Positions 14,593 through 28,060 of a stretch of DNA of 64,000 bases are shown piece by piece. Below the pieces are notes generated by a model. The model did not search any database. It was given only the letters and a program-made list of their open reading frames with translations, and was not told the origin of the DNA. How positions within the stretch are numbered: position 1 is the first letter of the stretch; each line of letters starts with the position of its first letter. The stretch is from the human T2T-CHM13v2.0 reference genome, Homo sapiens. The translations under genes were made by a program, and so were the position numbers. The stretch is taken from the NCBI RefSeq assembly GCF_009914755.1, contig NC_060928.1. One strand, written 5' to 3'.

Positions 14593-15348
14593 TGTTGCTG
14601 AAACACCAGGTATTCTGTCTAGGTCCTGCTGCTCACAGCTCATAAAGCCAATCACTGAGACAACAATTATTGCCAAGGAAGAAGGCTTTAACCAGGTGCT
14701 ACAGCTGAGGAGATGGGAGATCAATCTCAAATCCATCTCTGACTAACTAAAATTAGGCGTTTATATAGCAGGAAAGAAATGTAACAATGTATAAGAAAAC
14801 AGCAACTAGGGAGGGGTAAGGAAGTGATCATAATGAATGAAGGGACTGCCATCTCATTGTCTGGATGCAGTGATCTTGTGAGTTTCAGTTCTTTGACACA
14901 TTTTTTAAGAGGACTTCTGGAGGAAGAAGCCCAGATAAAATAAATGTAAGTTTCAAGCTTTAAGACCAGAACAGTTAATTTCTATGTTTATGAAAAAAAC
15001 AATCTATGGCAGCAGTCTCCAACATTTTTAGCACCAGGGACTGGTTTCGTGGAAGACAATTTTTCCACAGACAGTGAGGGCCATGGTTGTGGGATGAAAC
15101 TGTTCCACCTCAGATCATCAGGCATTAGATTCTCATAAGAAGCATGCAACCTAGATCCCTGGCATCCACAGTTCACAATAGGGTTCACACTCCTAAGAGG
15201 ATCTAATGCTGCTACTGATCTGACAGGGGATGGAGCTCAGGTGGTAATGCTCACTCGTAGCTCACCTCCTGCTTTGCAGCCCGGTTCCCAACAGGCCATG
15301 GATGGGGGCTGGGGACCCCTGGTCTATGGGACTATTGGGTCAGTTTCA
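14593..15348 (-). mobile_element. Solo MER4-group LTR (MER66-like), copy 1, interrupted by MER1B
   Basis: TG...CA termini; TSD AAAT; homologous to 21040-21467. Confidence 0.8.
15010..15321. mobile_element. MER1B (hAT-Charlie MITE)
   Basis: CAG...CTG termini; 8-bp TSD ATCTATGG/GTCTATGG; typical MER1B internal sequence. Confidence 0.88.
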
Positions 15349-15387
15349 AAATGTTTATGCCAATAAAATAGACTTTTCTTATAACCT

Positions 15388-15902
15388 TGAATTAGTTATC
15401 TGCTGCTACATAGCAAATTACCCCAAATCATAGTGACTAAAAATAAAAATTTTATTATCTCAGTTTCTGTGAATCTGGAATTTAAGAGCCACTTAGCTGG
15501 GTGGCTCTGGCTCAGGAGCTCTCATGAAGTTGCTAGAGCTGCAGGCATTCACAGCCTTGATTGAAACTGGAGGATCCATTTCTACAAAGGCTCACGTGCA
15601 TGGCTATTGGCAGTAGGCCTCAGTTCCTCATTGCACATAGAGCTGTTTCATGTATCCTCCCAACTTGTCACCTGGCTCCCGCCCCACCCCCAGGCCAGTG
15701 ATCTGAAAGAGAGAGCAAGGAGCAGGCCACAAAGCATTCTATGATCTCATCTTGGAAGCTGCACATTATCACTTCCACCATACTCAATTCATTAGAAGTG
15801 AGTCCCTAAGTGCAGCCCATACTCAGAGAGAGAGGAATCAGTCTCCACCTTTAGAAGGGAGGAATGGCAAAGAATTTGTGGATGTATTTTAAAATCTCTA
15901 CA
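15388..15902 (-). mobile_element. MaLR LTR (MLT1-type)
   Basis: ttagttatctgctgctacatagcaaattaccccaaa...cttagctgggtggctctggctcagg pattern. Confidence 0.7.
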
Positions 15903-18900
15903 AATCCCTTTAAAATAAGTTGATTCGTATGAGTATACTTTATGCTTTAAAAATAAGCCTAATATATGTATTAATTTGCCTCTGAATCTTACTTTACTAA
16001 TTTTGAAAGTTATATGATCGGATTGTAATTCTTTTGTTTCAAAATTTTTTCTCCATTTCATATATTATTACTCTCTGTGAGAAAAAGTCAAAGACTAACA
16101 AGAAAAGTACTGTGATAAAGATTACTAATTCTCATCACATATCCATGTGCTTGTGTATATTTCACTGCCTTCCTTTGGGGACTTATGACAATTTTTGGCC
16201 AATAAAATGTAAGTGGTAGTAATGAATGTCACATAAATGATAAAAGAGTTAAGAACTAAGTTGCCTTTTTTTATCCCTCTTTTTCCTTGCAATGGCAACC
16301 TTGAACAACACATGTTCTAGCTGGTACAGCTACAAGAAGAAAGAGGGTGTCCTAATAGTGGATTGTGTTGTGAATGAAAAGTAAATGTTTATTATTTTAA
16401 GCCACTAAAATGCGGAAATCAACTTTTTAGTCAGCATACCGTACCGAGGGGTGACTAACACATATTGCTTCATTTTAAATGTAGCAATACAAATGTAAAA
16501 GTACAGTTCTCTTAGGTCTTGAACAAATTTTTAATTGGAAATTAAGCTATTTCCACTTAAAAACAAGTAATAGAAACTAATACTAGAATATTTAAATCCA
16601 GTCAGTGCAGCCTCATGCAGGTAGCTGTGATCTAACTGTAGACCAAAAGAAAAATAGCCTTGAGTAAAAAAACAACTTTAAGAAAGAATTGATAGAGCTT
16701 TAATTTCAGAAAAACCCAGAGATTAAGAGAAATGATAAAAGAAGTTTATGACCTTATAGTGAATCCATTCTAAAGTGATACTTCTGAAAGCTGAATGTAA
16801 GACTTAAAAAAAACTATGAAAGCAAGAAAAAAAGAATCAAATAAGCATATTCCTAATGTTTGGAGGCTAAAATCTAAGATAATGTTTTATGTGTGACAAA
16901 GCCTAGGGCCATTAACATACTAAGTGTGAAAACTGAAACTAAAACTAAATCCCTAAATTAATCACTGTATTTTAGACATCTTGTCATATGTGTCTTTGGT
17001 GGAGTAGAAGGTAGACTGAATGAAGGAGGTGAGGAGAATGATGTTCTTCCAAAGAAAAAGTGAAAGAATTGGGAATTAAGAAAAGGAGAGGCAGGAAAGA
17101 TTCATAAATTGGCAGGAGAAAGAGGGAGCAAGATTATTTTAAATAAAGAAAAATAAGTAGTGATAATGAATTCCATTCATTCAAAAAGAAAAAAAAGGCC
17201 CAGTGCATTTATTTCATTTTTTTACCTGCAGGTGGCAGCTCTTCCTAAATATGTCATGGAAATGTCCATGAGTATTTCTGCATTGTCTTCCTGTAGGCAA
17301 TCCTCAGAACTGAATCCCAGCTCTCAAAATAAACACAAAAACAAACAAAACCACCAAAAAAACAAAAGACAAAAACTATATTGCCATTACTTCTCAGTAT
17401 AGCACTAAAAAAGAAAATTCTTTAAACAGCTTTAATTCCCCCCCAAAAATGTAAAACAAATGCCTCCAGGGAGTATAATAGAAACAAAATAACAAGTATA
17501 TGACTATTTCTTCCAATATAGTAATTGTCAGTTACTTCCTGAACTTCTTGGGGTTGTGTCTTGTTTTACTTTGTTTGTTTTGTAAGTTTTTAATTGTCTG
17601 AACACATTGGCCAAATTACAAAAGGCCAGAATTACACTAATTATATTAAAAAAATTAAATACACAGGAAGACCACTGTGTATTTTTTCAAGGATACATAT
17701 ATGTCCAAATAAGTATTAGGAGAGCATATTGTAAAGGCATATGTTACATGCATTAATTCTAGTGTCTGGAGGAGAGGGAATGGGATTAGAAATAGAAGAT
17801 GAAAGGAGAAAAATAATGAAGTTGATTTAGAGTTATCCCAAGTATTTCATGGTTTTTGTTTCTTTTGTAAATAGTATTTTTAAATTTTCTATTTTAAACT
17901 GCTTACTGTTAGTACATAGATAAATATAATTGATTTTTGTATATTTACCTTATATCCTAAAATGTCGCTACATTCACTCTCACTGGCTTCTTTTCCTTTA
18001 TGTAATCCCAGTGTTCCTCAGCTGCAGATCCACTGTTAGCATCTACCATGTATAAGGTGCACAGCACATGCCAAGCACTATGGCAGATACTTTATATATC
18101 TTCCCTTCACACCACATGGCCTCTCTTCCATTTCCACATATTCTCTTATTGACTTCATCTGCTGCTCTGCCCTGACTTCCAACTCTAGTGTCTGTAGGCC
18201 TCACCTTTACCCACAGTGTAGTTTCACATTTCCAGTAGATTTCTGGACTTTGTCGTATTGTTTCTCATTGACCCCTCAGACTTGATATGTCTGAAATGGA
18301 AAGCATACTATTGTGCCATTCCAGCTTCCATCTTATATTCTATCAGAAAATATGTGCTAAAAAGTTACCACAGAAAATATTGTAGTATATTTCAAGTCAC
18401 TCTATACACTGAAAAAAAAATCCATATACCTCAAACCCTATAAATTTGTATGCTTTATGATGTGACATTCCTTACCTCTGTCATTTGACCATGCTAAAGG
18501 GAAAGAAAAAAGTTGTCACCTTTTGACAAAGCAGCTAAAGAATCATCACAAAATATAATAAGTACCCACAATAAGTTGAACACATAATTCCTAAAAATAA
18601 TGAACTCCTCAGAATTTAGAGAGAAAGAGATTAATAAAAGTCACTTTCTGAGTTAACTTTTCAAATGGTACTGATAATATTAGCGTGTTCTCCAAATTCC
18701 ATCAAAAAGACCATGCTGCTCCTTAATTTTATCAAAGAGAGTAAATATAATGATAACTTTAGGAATAGTTTATTATTTATATTTATTATTGTCTACAACA
18801 GTGCCATTCTACAATAACTGAAGAATAATGATAAATATGGGGTGTAAAATGTGAGAACCAAAGAGCAATGATTTGTCAATATTTATCTACTTTATCTATA

Positions 18901-19542
18901 GCAGAAGGTATTGTGATTAACCAATTCAGGCTCTCTGGTCAGACTAATTATGTCCCTATATTAAGAAGCTATCCTAGTTAAATGACAACTGTTCACAGCC
19001 TCAACTCAGCCCATTTGCTCTTCATACCTACCACACAACTCTTTGGTATACCAACAGGCCTTTCTTATTGGGAAAAATTGTGCTCAAAAGTCAACTCCTG
19101 GGAGACGGATAAATTGAATTCCTGTGCCTCTGAATCTAGCACACACCTGAACCTTTAACCAGAAGTGACTGATCTGTCTATGACACAGCTCCTCCCTACG
19201 GCTGAACAAGTGGAATCTAGTTTCTTGCTCCCCAACACACTTTATAGTCAGCTTTACTTATATAAGCTTTTGCTTGGTATGACCTAACGAAGTTTCCAAT
19301 TTTTATTATAGGCCTGGAATTTCACTCTTCAAACAGTAAATTCATTTGCTTTAGCTTAAAATACTTGAATAGATTTTTTTTTTAAAAACTATACATGTCT
19401 TATCAAAATACTTGAAGGAATTTGGGAAGGGAAAAATCCATCATTTTGTTACTTTAATACAGCTATTATTATTTTTTGTTCTCCTTTCTGGCCAAATTGC
19501 CTTATAAAAAAATGACAACAGTTGACAACTCAGCAATGTGTG

Positions 19543-19883
19543 TACACAGTGGTAAACTTTTTCTGTAAAAGGGCAGATTGTAAATATTTTGGGCTTTGCA
19601 AGTCATACAGTTTCTAAAGCAACTTCTCAACTCTGCTCTTGTAGCACAGAAGCAGACATAGACATTAAGAAAATGAATAACCGTTGCTTTGGTCCAATAT
19701 AATTATTTGGGAATGATAAAATTTTAATTTCATATAATTTTCACGCAGCACAAAACATTATTTTTCTTTTGTTTTTTCTTTTTTTCTCCAGCATTTGAAA
19801 GTGTAAAAACCAGTCTTAGCTTGTGTGCCATCCAAATGTGGACAGTAGGCTTGATACTCATGAACACAGAGTTGACCAGCCCT
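19543..19883. mobile_element. MER58B-like hAT element
   Basis: aaactttttctgtaaaagggcagattgtaaatattttgggctttgc...aatttcatataattttcac. Confidence 0.75.
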
Positions 19884-20424
19884 ATTTAAAAATAGACCAT
19901 TTCTCTAGTTTTGACCTATGTCCTGAGCTCTATAGACAAATTTTCAGCTTTTTCCTGTTTATCGTGATACGAATATTCCAACAGCATGTTAAACAAAAGA
20001 CGTTTAAAACCTAACTCAGAACTTACCTGAAATTCCCTATTTCTGTTGATCCACAGCTGAAATTTAGAAATCATCTAGACAGGTTCAGCAACCCCTGTGA
20101 AGTTCTGTCCTGTTTCAAATATGTCTTCACTTTCAAATTCCCATACCCAGCATCTGAATTAATGCCTTCATTTTTCTCTTCTACATTGTTGCTATGGCAC
20201 TGTAATTGGTTTCCCCTACTCCAATATATCCAACATACTGCTCTCAGAAAAGCCTCCTAAAGTGCTGCTCTAATTATGTCACTACACAATTTTACAACTT
20301 TCTCTAAATCTATTGCTTACAAAATGTAATGTAAGTTCTTCCAACTGGCAGTCAAGGCCATCCAAAACATTATCCCAAATATCTTTCTAGTCTTGCCTCC
20401 CACTAACTCTCATTCAATGATGTG

Positions 20425-20602
20425 TTTTGTTTGTTTAGAGACAGGCTCTTTCTCAGTTGCCCAGGCTGGAGTGCAATGGCATGATCATAGCTCACTATAG
20501 CCCTGAACTCCTGGTCTCAAGTGATTCTCCTGGTCTCAAGTGATTCTCCTGCTTTGGTCTCCCAAAGCACGGGATTACAGGCATAAGTCACTATGCCTGG
20601 CC
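20425..20602 (-). mobile_element. Alu monomer (FRAM/FLAM-like) with an internal ~19-bp duplication
   Basis: Single arm; CTCCTGGTCTCAAGTGATT occurs twice. Confidence 0.8.
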
Positions 20603-21039
20603 CTCAACAAATGTGAATAGCACCTATTAGGCACTGTGTTGGATACTCAGGTACAAGATTGAGCAAAAACAACATGACTTCTGCCTTCGTGGAGTTTATA
20701 GTCTAGTTGTGGGTAAAGGCATGAGTCAAATAATCACATAAAAGATACAATAATAAAACTGGCATGCAACAATAACATGGAATAATCTTTTCAAAGAATT
20801 GAAATAATTTTAAATCTAGAATTTTACATAAAACTAAACTATTATATCGGTGTGTGACTGAACCAGAAACTCTCAGTCACACAAGGCATCAGAACATTCA
20901 TCACATAAAGATCTTGTCTGAAACTATATTTGGAAAAAGTACTCCAACAACAAGAAAAATATTTCCAAAGGCTTTGAGCTCTACAGGAAATAAAATTTTG
21001 ATAGGCTTTGTTGTGGTGATATTTTCACAAATGTATACA

Positions 21040-21467
21040 TATTACTGAAACACCAGGGGTTTGGTCTAGGTCTTACTGCTCACTGCACAAAAGCCAATCA
21101 CTGAGACAAGTGTTGCCAAGGAAGAAGGCTTTAATTGGGTGTTGCACCTGAGGAGATGGGGGCTCAGTCTCAAATCCATCTCCCTGAGTAACTAAAACCA
21201 GGGGTTTATATTAGCAGGGAAGAAATGTAACAATATGTAAGAAAACAACAACTAGGACGGGCCAATCATGGTGAGTGAGGGGTCCTGCATCTGCTGCCGT
21301 GATCTGATGAGTTTCAGTTCTTTGGTGCCTTTTTGAGAGGCCTGAATGTTGTTTCCTGAGGAAAGAACTCAGATAAAACAAATATGAGTTTCAAGCTTTA
21401 AGAACAAAATGGTCAATTTCTATGTTTATCCAAAAGAACAGTCTATGGGACTATTGGTTCAGTTTCA
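21040..21467 (-). mobile_element. Solo MER4-group LTR (MER66-like), copy 2
   Basis: TSD TACA at 21036-21039 and 21468-21471; same sequence as copy 1 without MER1B. Confidence 0.8.
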
Positions 21468-21809
21468 TACATATTTGAAAGCTTATAAAAGTGTCCACTT
21501 TAAATATGAGCAGCTTATTGTATGTCAATTATTCCCTAGTAAAATGTGTAAAAATCTGATAAAAATTTAAAAATATATATGTACAGCTTAAAGTAAAAGA
21601 ATACAGTGAACACCTGTGTAGTCAATATCTAGGTTAAGAAAAGCAATTACATAAATCAATGTAAAATTATGACTGTGACTGGTGCTATGAGAAAAGGTGG
21701 GAAAGAGCCTAGAATAAAGGTTTTTGACTTCAGGAAGTTAGAGGAGCCTTCCCTGAAAAAGTGATGCCTGATCCTAAAACTGATAATTGACTCAAAATCT
21801 TAAAAGTCA

Positions 21810-21993
21810 ACACTTAGATAGTAATGCTACCTGCCAGGTACTGTTTTACATGTTTTACACATAGTAACCCATTTAATCCTCACAACATTGCTTCATGTTG
21901 ATTCCTTTATTATCCCCACTTTACAGATGAGGAAATTAAAGAACTGAATAGTTAAGTAGTTTGCCTGAGGTCACACAGCCAGTAAGTAGTGGT
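21810..21993 (-). mobile_element. MIR
   Basis: atttaatcctcacaac...tttacagatgaggaaa...gcctgaggtcacacagc. Confidence 0.8.
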
Positions 21994-22852
21994 AGCATTC
22001 CCTGGGAAATGAGACACTGGAAGAGCAACAGGCATGGGGTGTATCAGTGTATGTGGTTACAAGCAACAGAAACTGATTTTAGCTATCTATATTAGTTTAG
22101 ATATTAGTTAGGTTTACCTGAATGGTTTTCCATTACTGGCTGATAACTGTTTTTTCTGTTTCTCCGTGGCTTTCTCAAAGTCCTAAGAAGATTACAATTC
22201 CCATGATGGCCACTCAAAGATTAATCCAAGGAGTGTAACCTGCAGCAGTTGGCCACAGCATTGGATAGGCAGCCAGCCTGGTATTGGGCATTTGCCTACA
22301 GGGTACAAGTGCTGCTATCAGTAAGATATATGCTCATTTTGGCCAGGAGAACATTGTCTGATGAGAGCTAGCACATCGGATAGACAGCAACTTGACTTGC
22401 AGGCCTGTAGGCTGGCAGGAACCTGCACAAACTCCAAGTGGTGCACAGAGCACCCATTTCCCCAAGGGCCAGGTGCTAGACTCAGAGAAGAAATAGGACA
22501 GTCCTTTGCGGGCTCGCTAGGAGGCCGGATTTGACAGACGGGCAGGGCCTAGCCAATCAAAGGAGACACGAACCACAGGGCTGGCGCAAGGTCCTGGAAG
22601 CCTCTTTATGTGCCAAGCATCAACCTTTCAGTTGTTGGATTTTTGAGAGCTGGGAGGGAGGGTCCTATGGGAAAGGCTAGTGGCTGACATTATGAGAAAA
22701 GGATGCTCCAGAAGGCTTGGAGCAGCAGCTATCTACCAACCGGTGGGAAAGGATTTCAATGTCTTAACCATAGTAAATGCCATAGCTGTGTGATTCCATA
22801 GATAGCAGATACCTATTTTTCTTTTTTGCTGTCACTGTTGAACAGTAGTTAG

Positions 22853-23140
<288 letters not shown>

Positions 23141-23541
23141 TGATTTTTATTGTTGCTGTTGAAGTCTGTTGAGGGTTCATCATCCTATAAATATAATATG
23201 TCTCTTCTCTGTTTCTTTTTGAGATCTTCTGACTTGGATGCTTTTTAGTTTTCACATGATGTATATAGATATAGATTTCTTTTTATTTATTTTCCTCAGG
23301 AATTCTATTTCATAATCTTAGGTTTCATATCTCAAGTGTTAATGATACTTGAAATATTATATCTTTGAATATTTCCATACCCCATTCTTTATTGCTCCTT
23401 CTTCTGGAATTCCTCTCTTTGCTATTTTCATCTTCATATACTAAATTCTGGGTAACTTCTTCAGGCTTTTTTATTAGCACATAAGTTCTCTTCTTTGTCT
23501 TAAAAATTTTTTATTTGTATTAAGGTAATACGAGCAAATAG

Positions 23542-23870
<329 letters not shown>

Positions 23871-23964
23871 CCAATTTAATTTTTTTTACTGACTCCTTTT
23901 GCTATTACTTTTGTATCATTAAATAACATACTTTTATTGCTAATTCAGATTTAAGTTTTATTTC

Positions 23965-24210
23965 CATTATCTATTGCTGCATAACAAACCACCCCAAAAA
24001 GTGGCTTAAAACAACAATTTTATTATTTCTCACAATCCTGTTGAGTGACAAGGTGATTCTTCTGGTTCATATGGTACCAGCTAAAATTTGGACACTAGAA
24101 GGCTTAAATGACCTCCTATAGTTTGGCCTGGCTGCCAGCTGAGAGCTCAGCTGGAGCTGTCAGCTAACCCACTTCATTCTCCTCCACGGAGTCTCTCCAA
24201 CATGGCAATT
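23965..24210 (-). mobile_element. MaLR LTR fragment (MLT1-type)
   Basis: atctattgctgcataacaaaccaccccaaaaagtggcttaaaacaac. Confidence 0.65.
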
Positions 24211-24627
24211 AGAGTCTCAGTCGAATATTAGTTACACAAACATTTAGAATTGTTATGTCTTCTTGACTAGTGCAGCTTCTTATCATAATACAACATCCCT
24301 CTTTATCACTGGTAATGCTGCTTATACTGACATTTAATTTGTATGATATTAATAAATTATACCAGCTCTATGACTATGATTAGTGTTTATATGGTTACAT
24401 ATTTTTCCTTCCTTACTTTTAACATATCTGTGTCTTTGTATTGAGTGAATCTCTTGTGCACAACATATAGTTGGTCTTTTTTTATCCTGTCTGAAAAAAA
24501 AAATCTTACCTTTTAACTAGTGTGCTTAGTCCATTTACATTTAAGGTAATTATTTATATGGTTGGTTTAAGTTGACCACCTTGTAATTTGCTTTTCATTA
24601 GGACTTTCTTTTGTTTATTGTTCCTTC

Positions 24628-26047
24628 TGAGAGGTGACAACATGTTAGCAGCCCTCACTCGCTCTCAGCGCCTCCTCGGCCTCAGCGTCTGCTCTGGCCA
24701 CGCTTGAGGAGCGCTTCAGCCCACCGCTGCACTGTGGGAACCCCTCTCTGGGCTGGTCGAGGCCCGAGCCGGCCCCCTCAGCTGGTGGCGAGGTGTGGAG
24801 GGAGAGGCGCGAGCGGGAACCGGGGCTGCACGCGGCTGCAGGCCAGCGCGAGTTCCAGGTAGGCGCGCGCTCGGCAGGCCCGGCGCTTGGCGGGCGCTGC
24901 CGGCCCCAGGCAGTGAGGGGCTTAGCACCAGGGCCAGCAGCTGCGGAGGGTGCGCTGGGTCCCCCAGCACTGCTGGCCCACCAGCACCGTGCTCGAATTC
25001 TCACCAGGCCTCAGCTGCCTCCCCGCAGGGCAGGGCTTGGGACCTGCAGCCTGCCATGCCTGAGCCTCCCCTGTGCCCTGGGCTCCCGTGCGGCCCAAGC
25101 CTCCCTGACAGGCGCTGCCCCCTGCTCCGTGGTGCCAGGTCCCATCGACCACCGAAGGGCTGAGGAGTGCAGGCACCCGGCGAGGGACTGGTGGGCAGCT
25201 CCGCCCTTGGCCCCCAGCATGGGATCCACTAGGTGAAGCCAGCTGGGCTCCTGAGTCCGGTGAGGACTTGGAGAACTTTTATGTCTAGCTAGAGGATTGT
25301 AAATGCACCAATCAGCACTCTGTGTCTAGCTCAAGGTTTGTAAATGCACCAATCAGTGCTCTGTGTCTAGCTAATCTAGTGGGGACTCGGAGAACTTTTG
25401 TGTCTAGCTAGAGGATTGTAAATGCACCAATCAGCACTCTGTGTCTAGCTCAGGGATTGTAAACGCACCAATCAGCACCCTGTCAAAATGGACCAATCAG
25501 CTCTCTGTAAAACGGACCAATCAGCTCTGTGTAAAATGGACCAATCAGCAGGATGTGGGTGGGGCCAGATAAGGGAATAAAAGCAGGCTGCGGGGAACCA
25601 GCAGCGGTAACCCTTTTGGGTTCCTTTGCACAATGTGGAAGCTTTGTTCTTTTGCTCTTTGGAATAAATCGTGCCGTTGCTGTCTGTTTGGGTCTGCACT
25701 GTCTTTATGAGCTGTAACACTCACCAGGAAGGTCTGTAGCTTCACTCCTGAGGTAAGCGAGACTGTGAACCCGTCAGGAGGAATGAACAACTCCGGACTG
25801 GAGGAACGAACAGTTCCAGATGAGCTGCGTTAAAAGCTCTAACACTCACCACGAAGGTGTGTAGTTTCACTGCTGAAGCCAGCAAAACCACGAACCCCCC
25901 AGAAGGAACAAACTTCTAACACATCCGAACATCAGAAAGGAACAAACTCCAGACACACCATCTTTAATAACTGTAACACTCACCACGAGGGTCTGCGGCT
26001 TCATCTTTGAAGTCAGTGAGACCAAGAACCCACCAATTCTGGACATA
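24628..26047 (+). mobile_element. Solo LTR12C-type LTR (ERV9), 1420 bp
   Basis: Starts TGAGAGGTGAC and ends GGACATA; 4-bp TSD CTTC at 24624-24627 and 26048-26051; GC-rich U3; seven CCAATCAG boxes about 25308-25547; GATA; TATA-like AATAAAA 25576-25582. Confidence 0.95.
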
Positions 26048-26197
26048 CTTCCTGACTGATGTCATAGAAAAATATTTTAGTTTTTTTAAGGTTTTTCTTG
26101 TTACCATGTGTCCTTCACACCCTTCTACATATTAGAAATTAGGAGAAATCTCTCCATTAATTATTTAATTTCAGTGTCTCTGTATTTTTGTTATTTC

Positions 26198-26519
26198 TTT
26201 TTTTTTTTTTTTTTTTTTGCGGGGGCGGTATGGGGGTGGGCACAGAGTCTCGCTCTGTCACCTAAGCTGGAGTGCAGTGGCGCAATCTTGGCTCACTGCA
26301 AGTTCTACCTCCCGGGTTCACACCATTCTCCTGCCTCAGCCTCTTGAGTGACTGGGACTACAGACACCTGCCACCACACCTGGCTAATTTTTTGTATTTT
26401 TAATAGAGACAGGGTTTCACCGTGTTAGCAGGAATGGTCTCGATCTCCTGATCTCGTGATCCTCCCTCCTCAGCCTGCCAAAGTGCAGAGATTACAGGTG
26501 TAAGCCACCACACCCGGCC
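26198..26519 (-). mobile_element. AluY/Sc-like with a G-rich insert at the tail junction
   Basis: Full dimer. Confidence 0.92.
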
Positions 26520-26832
26520 AGTTCTCTTTCATTTTAATAGCTCTTTAGTATTTCCTTGCTTTTTATGGCATCAATCATTGTAAACATGCTTATTTTATAG
26601 TGTCCATCTGATTTCTTTGCTGTATTTATTTTATAAATTGAATGAGGTTTTTTTTTCCTGCTATTCCTTAATGTCTGCCAATAGTCATGGCATTTTGTGA
26701 TTGCAGGCTCATTTTCAGTGTGGCTTTATATCTGTGGGAATCTTGTACAACCTAGATAAAAGGTATGTCTACCCAGAGTAACTTTTTTGCTTTCCAAGAA
26801 ATCTCAAGGACATTGCTGCCCCAAACCACTTT

Positions 26833-27215
<383 letters not shown>

Positions 27216-27489
27216 TAAGGTTAATGTGAATTCCAACTCTTTTAACTAGAAAGAAGACAGGCCTTTTTTTCCAACTCAGATCACACCCATAGTAATAAAC
27301 TTTCCCCCAAAAGCTATTGAAAAAAAAATTAAGTAGTAACAAATTTCTGTTTTCATCTCCCAGTAGACTAGGTGGCTTTTATCCAGAGTGAGATCTTCTA
27401 AGGGTTCTGACTTTATGTATACTTCTCAGGCTCCTCCCTTTATGTGGGTCCAAGGCTTTGTCTCTTGTCCCAGGGTGGATGTTAAAACG

Positions 27490-28060
27490 TGTGCCAGTTA
27501 TGATCTATCCTCTTTGCTCTGATTTTTTATTCTAAAACTGGACTCTGCAGACACCCCTTCTCGTTCATTGGCTGATTCTATGTTAGGATCTCCCAATACA
27601 GGGTGCTGCAGGGACACTGCAAGGGTGGAAGAAGTGGCATCCTTTTTCCTCTGTTCTGTTTATATAGTGGCAAGTGGATCAGCAGGAAGGAATCCTGGCA
27701 GTGTTTATCACCGTGGCCGTAGCCCTCCTGCTTCAGTGGCTAGTGCTTCCTAGCCTACACAGGGAGTTCATGGGTAGGCAACTTCTATTATGCTCTCCCT
27801 TACCGTAGTGGCAGGCAGCATGTTTCTATGGCATCCATAACTCTTATCAGAAACTTGAATATCTAGCTTGTAGGGCCTTCCTCTAACTTTCTAAATTCTT
27901 TCCTTGTTCACTTTTCTTCAGTTCCAGTGGTGGTTGCTACTCCCTGCAGGAGCTACATCTGTTTGACTTACATTTTCCTTCTAGCATTAACCACCACTGA
28001 CCTACCTACTGATTCCCATATTAAATTTCCCTTGTTCGAATTACTAGTGTGGTTTCCAAC
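27490..28060 (+). mobile_element. Old ERVL LTR (LTR33/LTR41-like)
   Basis: TGTGCCAG start; ATTAAA...actagtgtggtttcc 3' region typical of this group; diverged. Confidence 0.5.

Noticed and set aside
14593-21467. Paired direct LTRs as one 6.9-kb provirus
   Set aside because: Each LTR has its own TSD, and the interval holds older MLT1, MER58 and L2 repeats rather than retroviral internal sequence.
25270-25550. CRISPR-like spaced repeats (CCAATCAG units)
   Set aside because: These are the known LTR12 U3 enhancer repeats; no unique spacers or cas genes; eukaryotic DNA.
24645-25790. Overlapping 70-150 aa ORFs on both strands
   Set aside because: Stop-poor GC-rich LTR12 U3; no protein-family signal.
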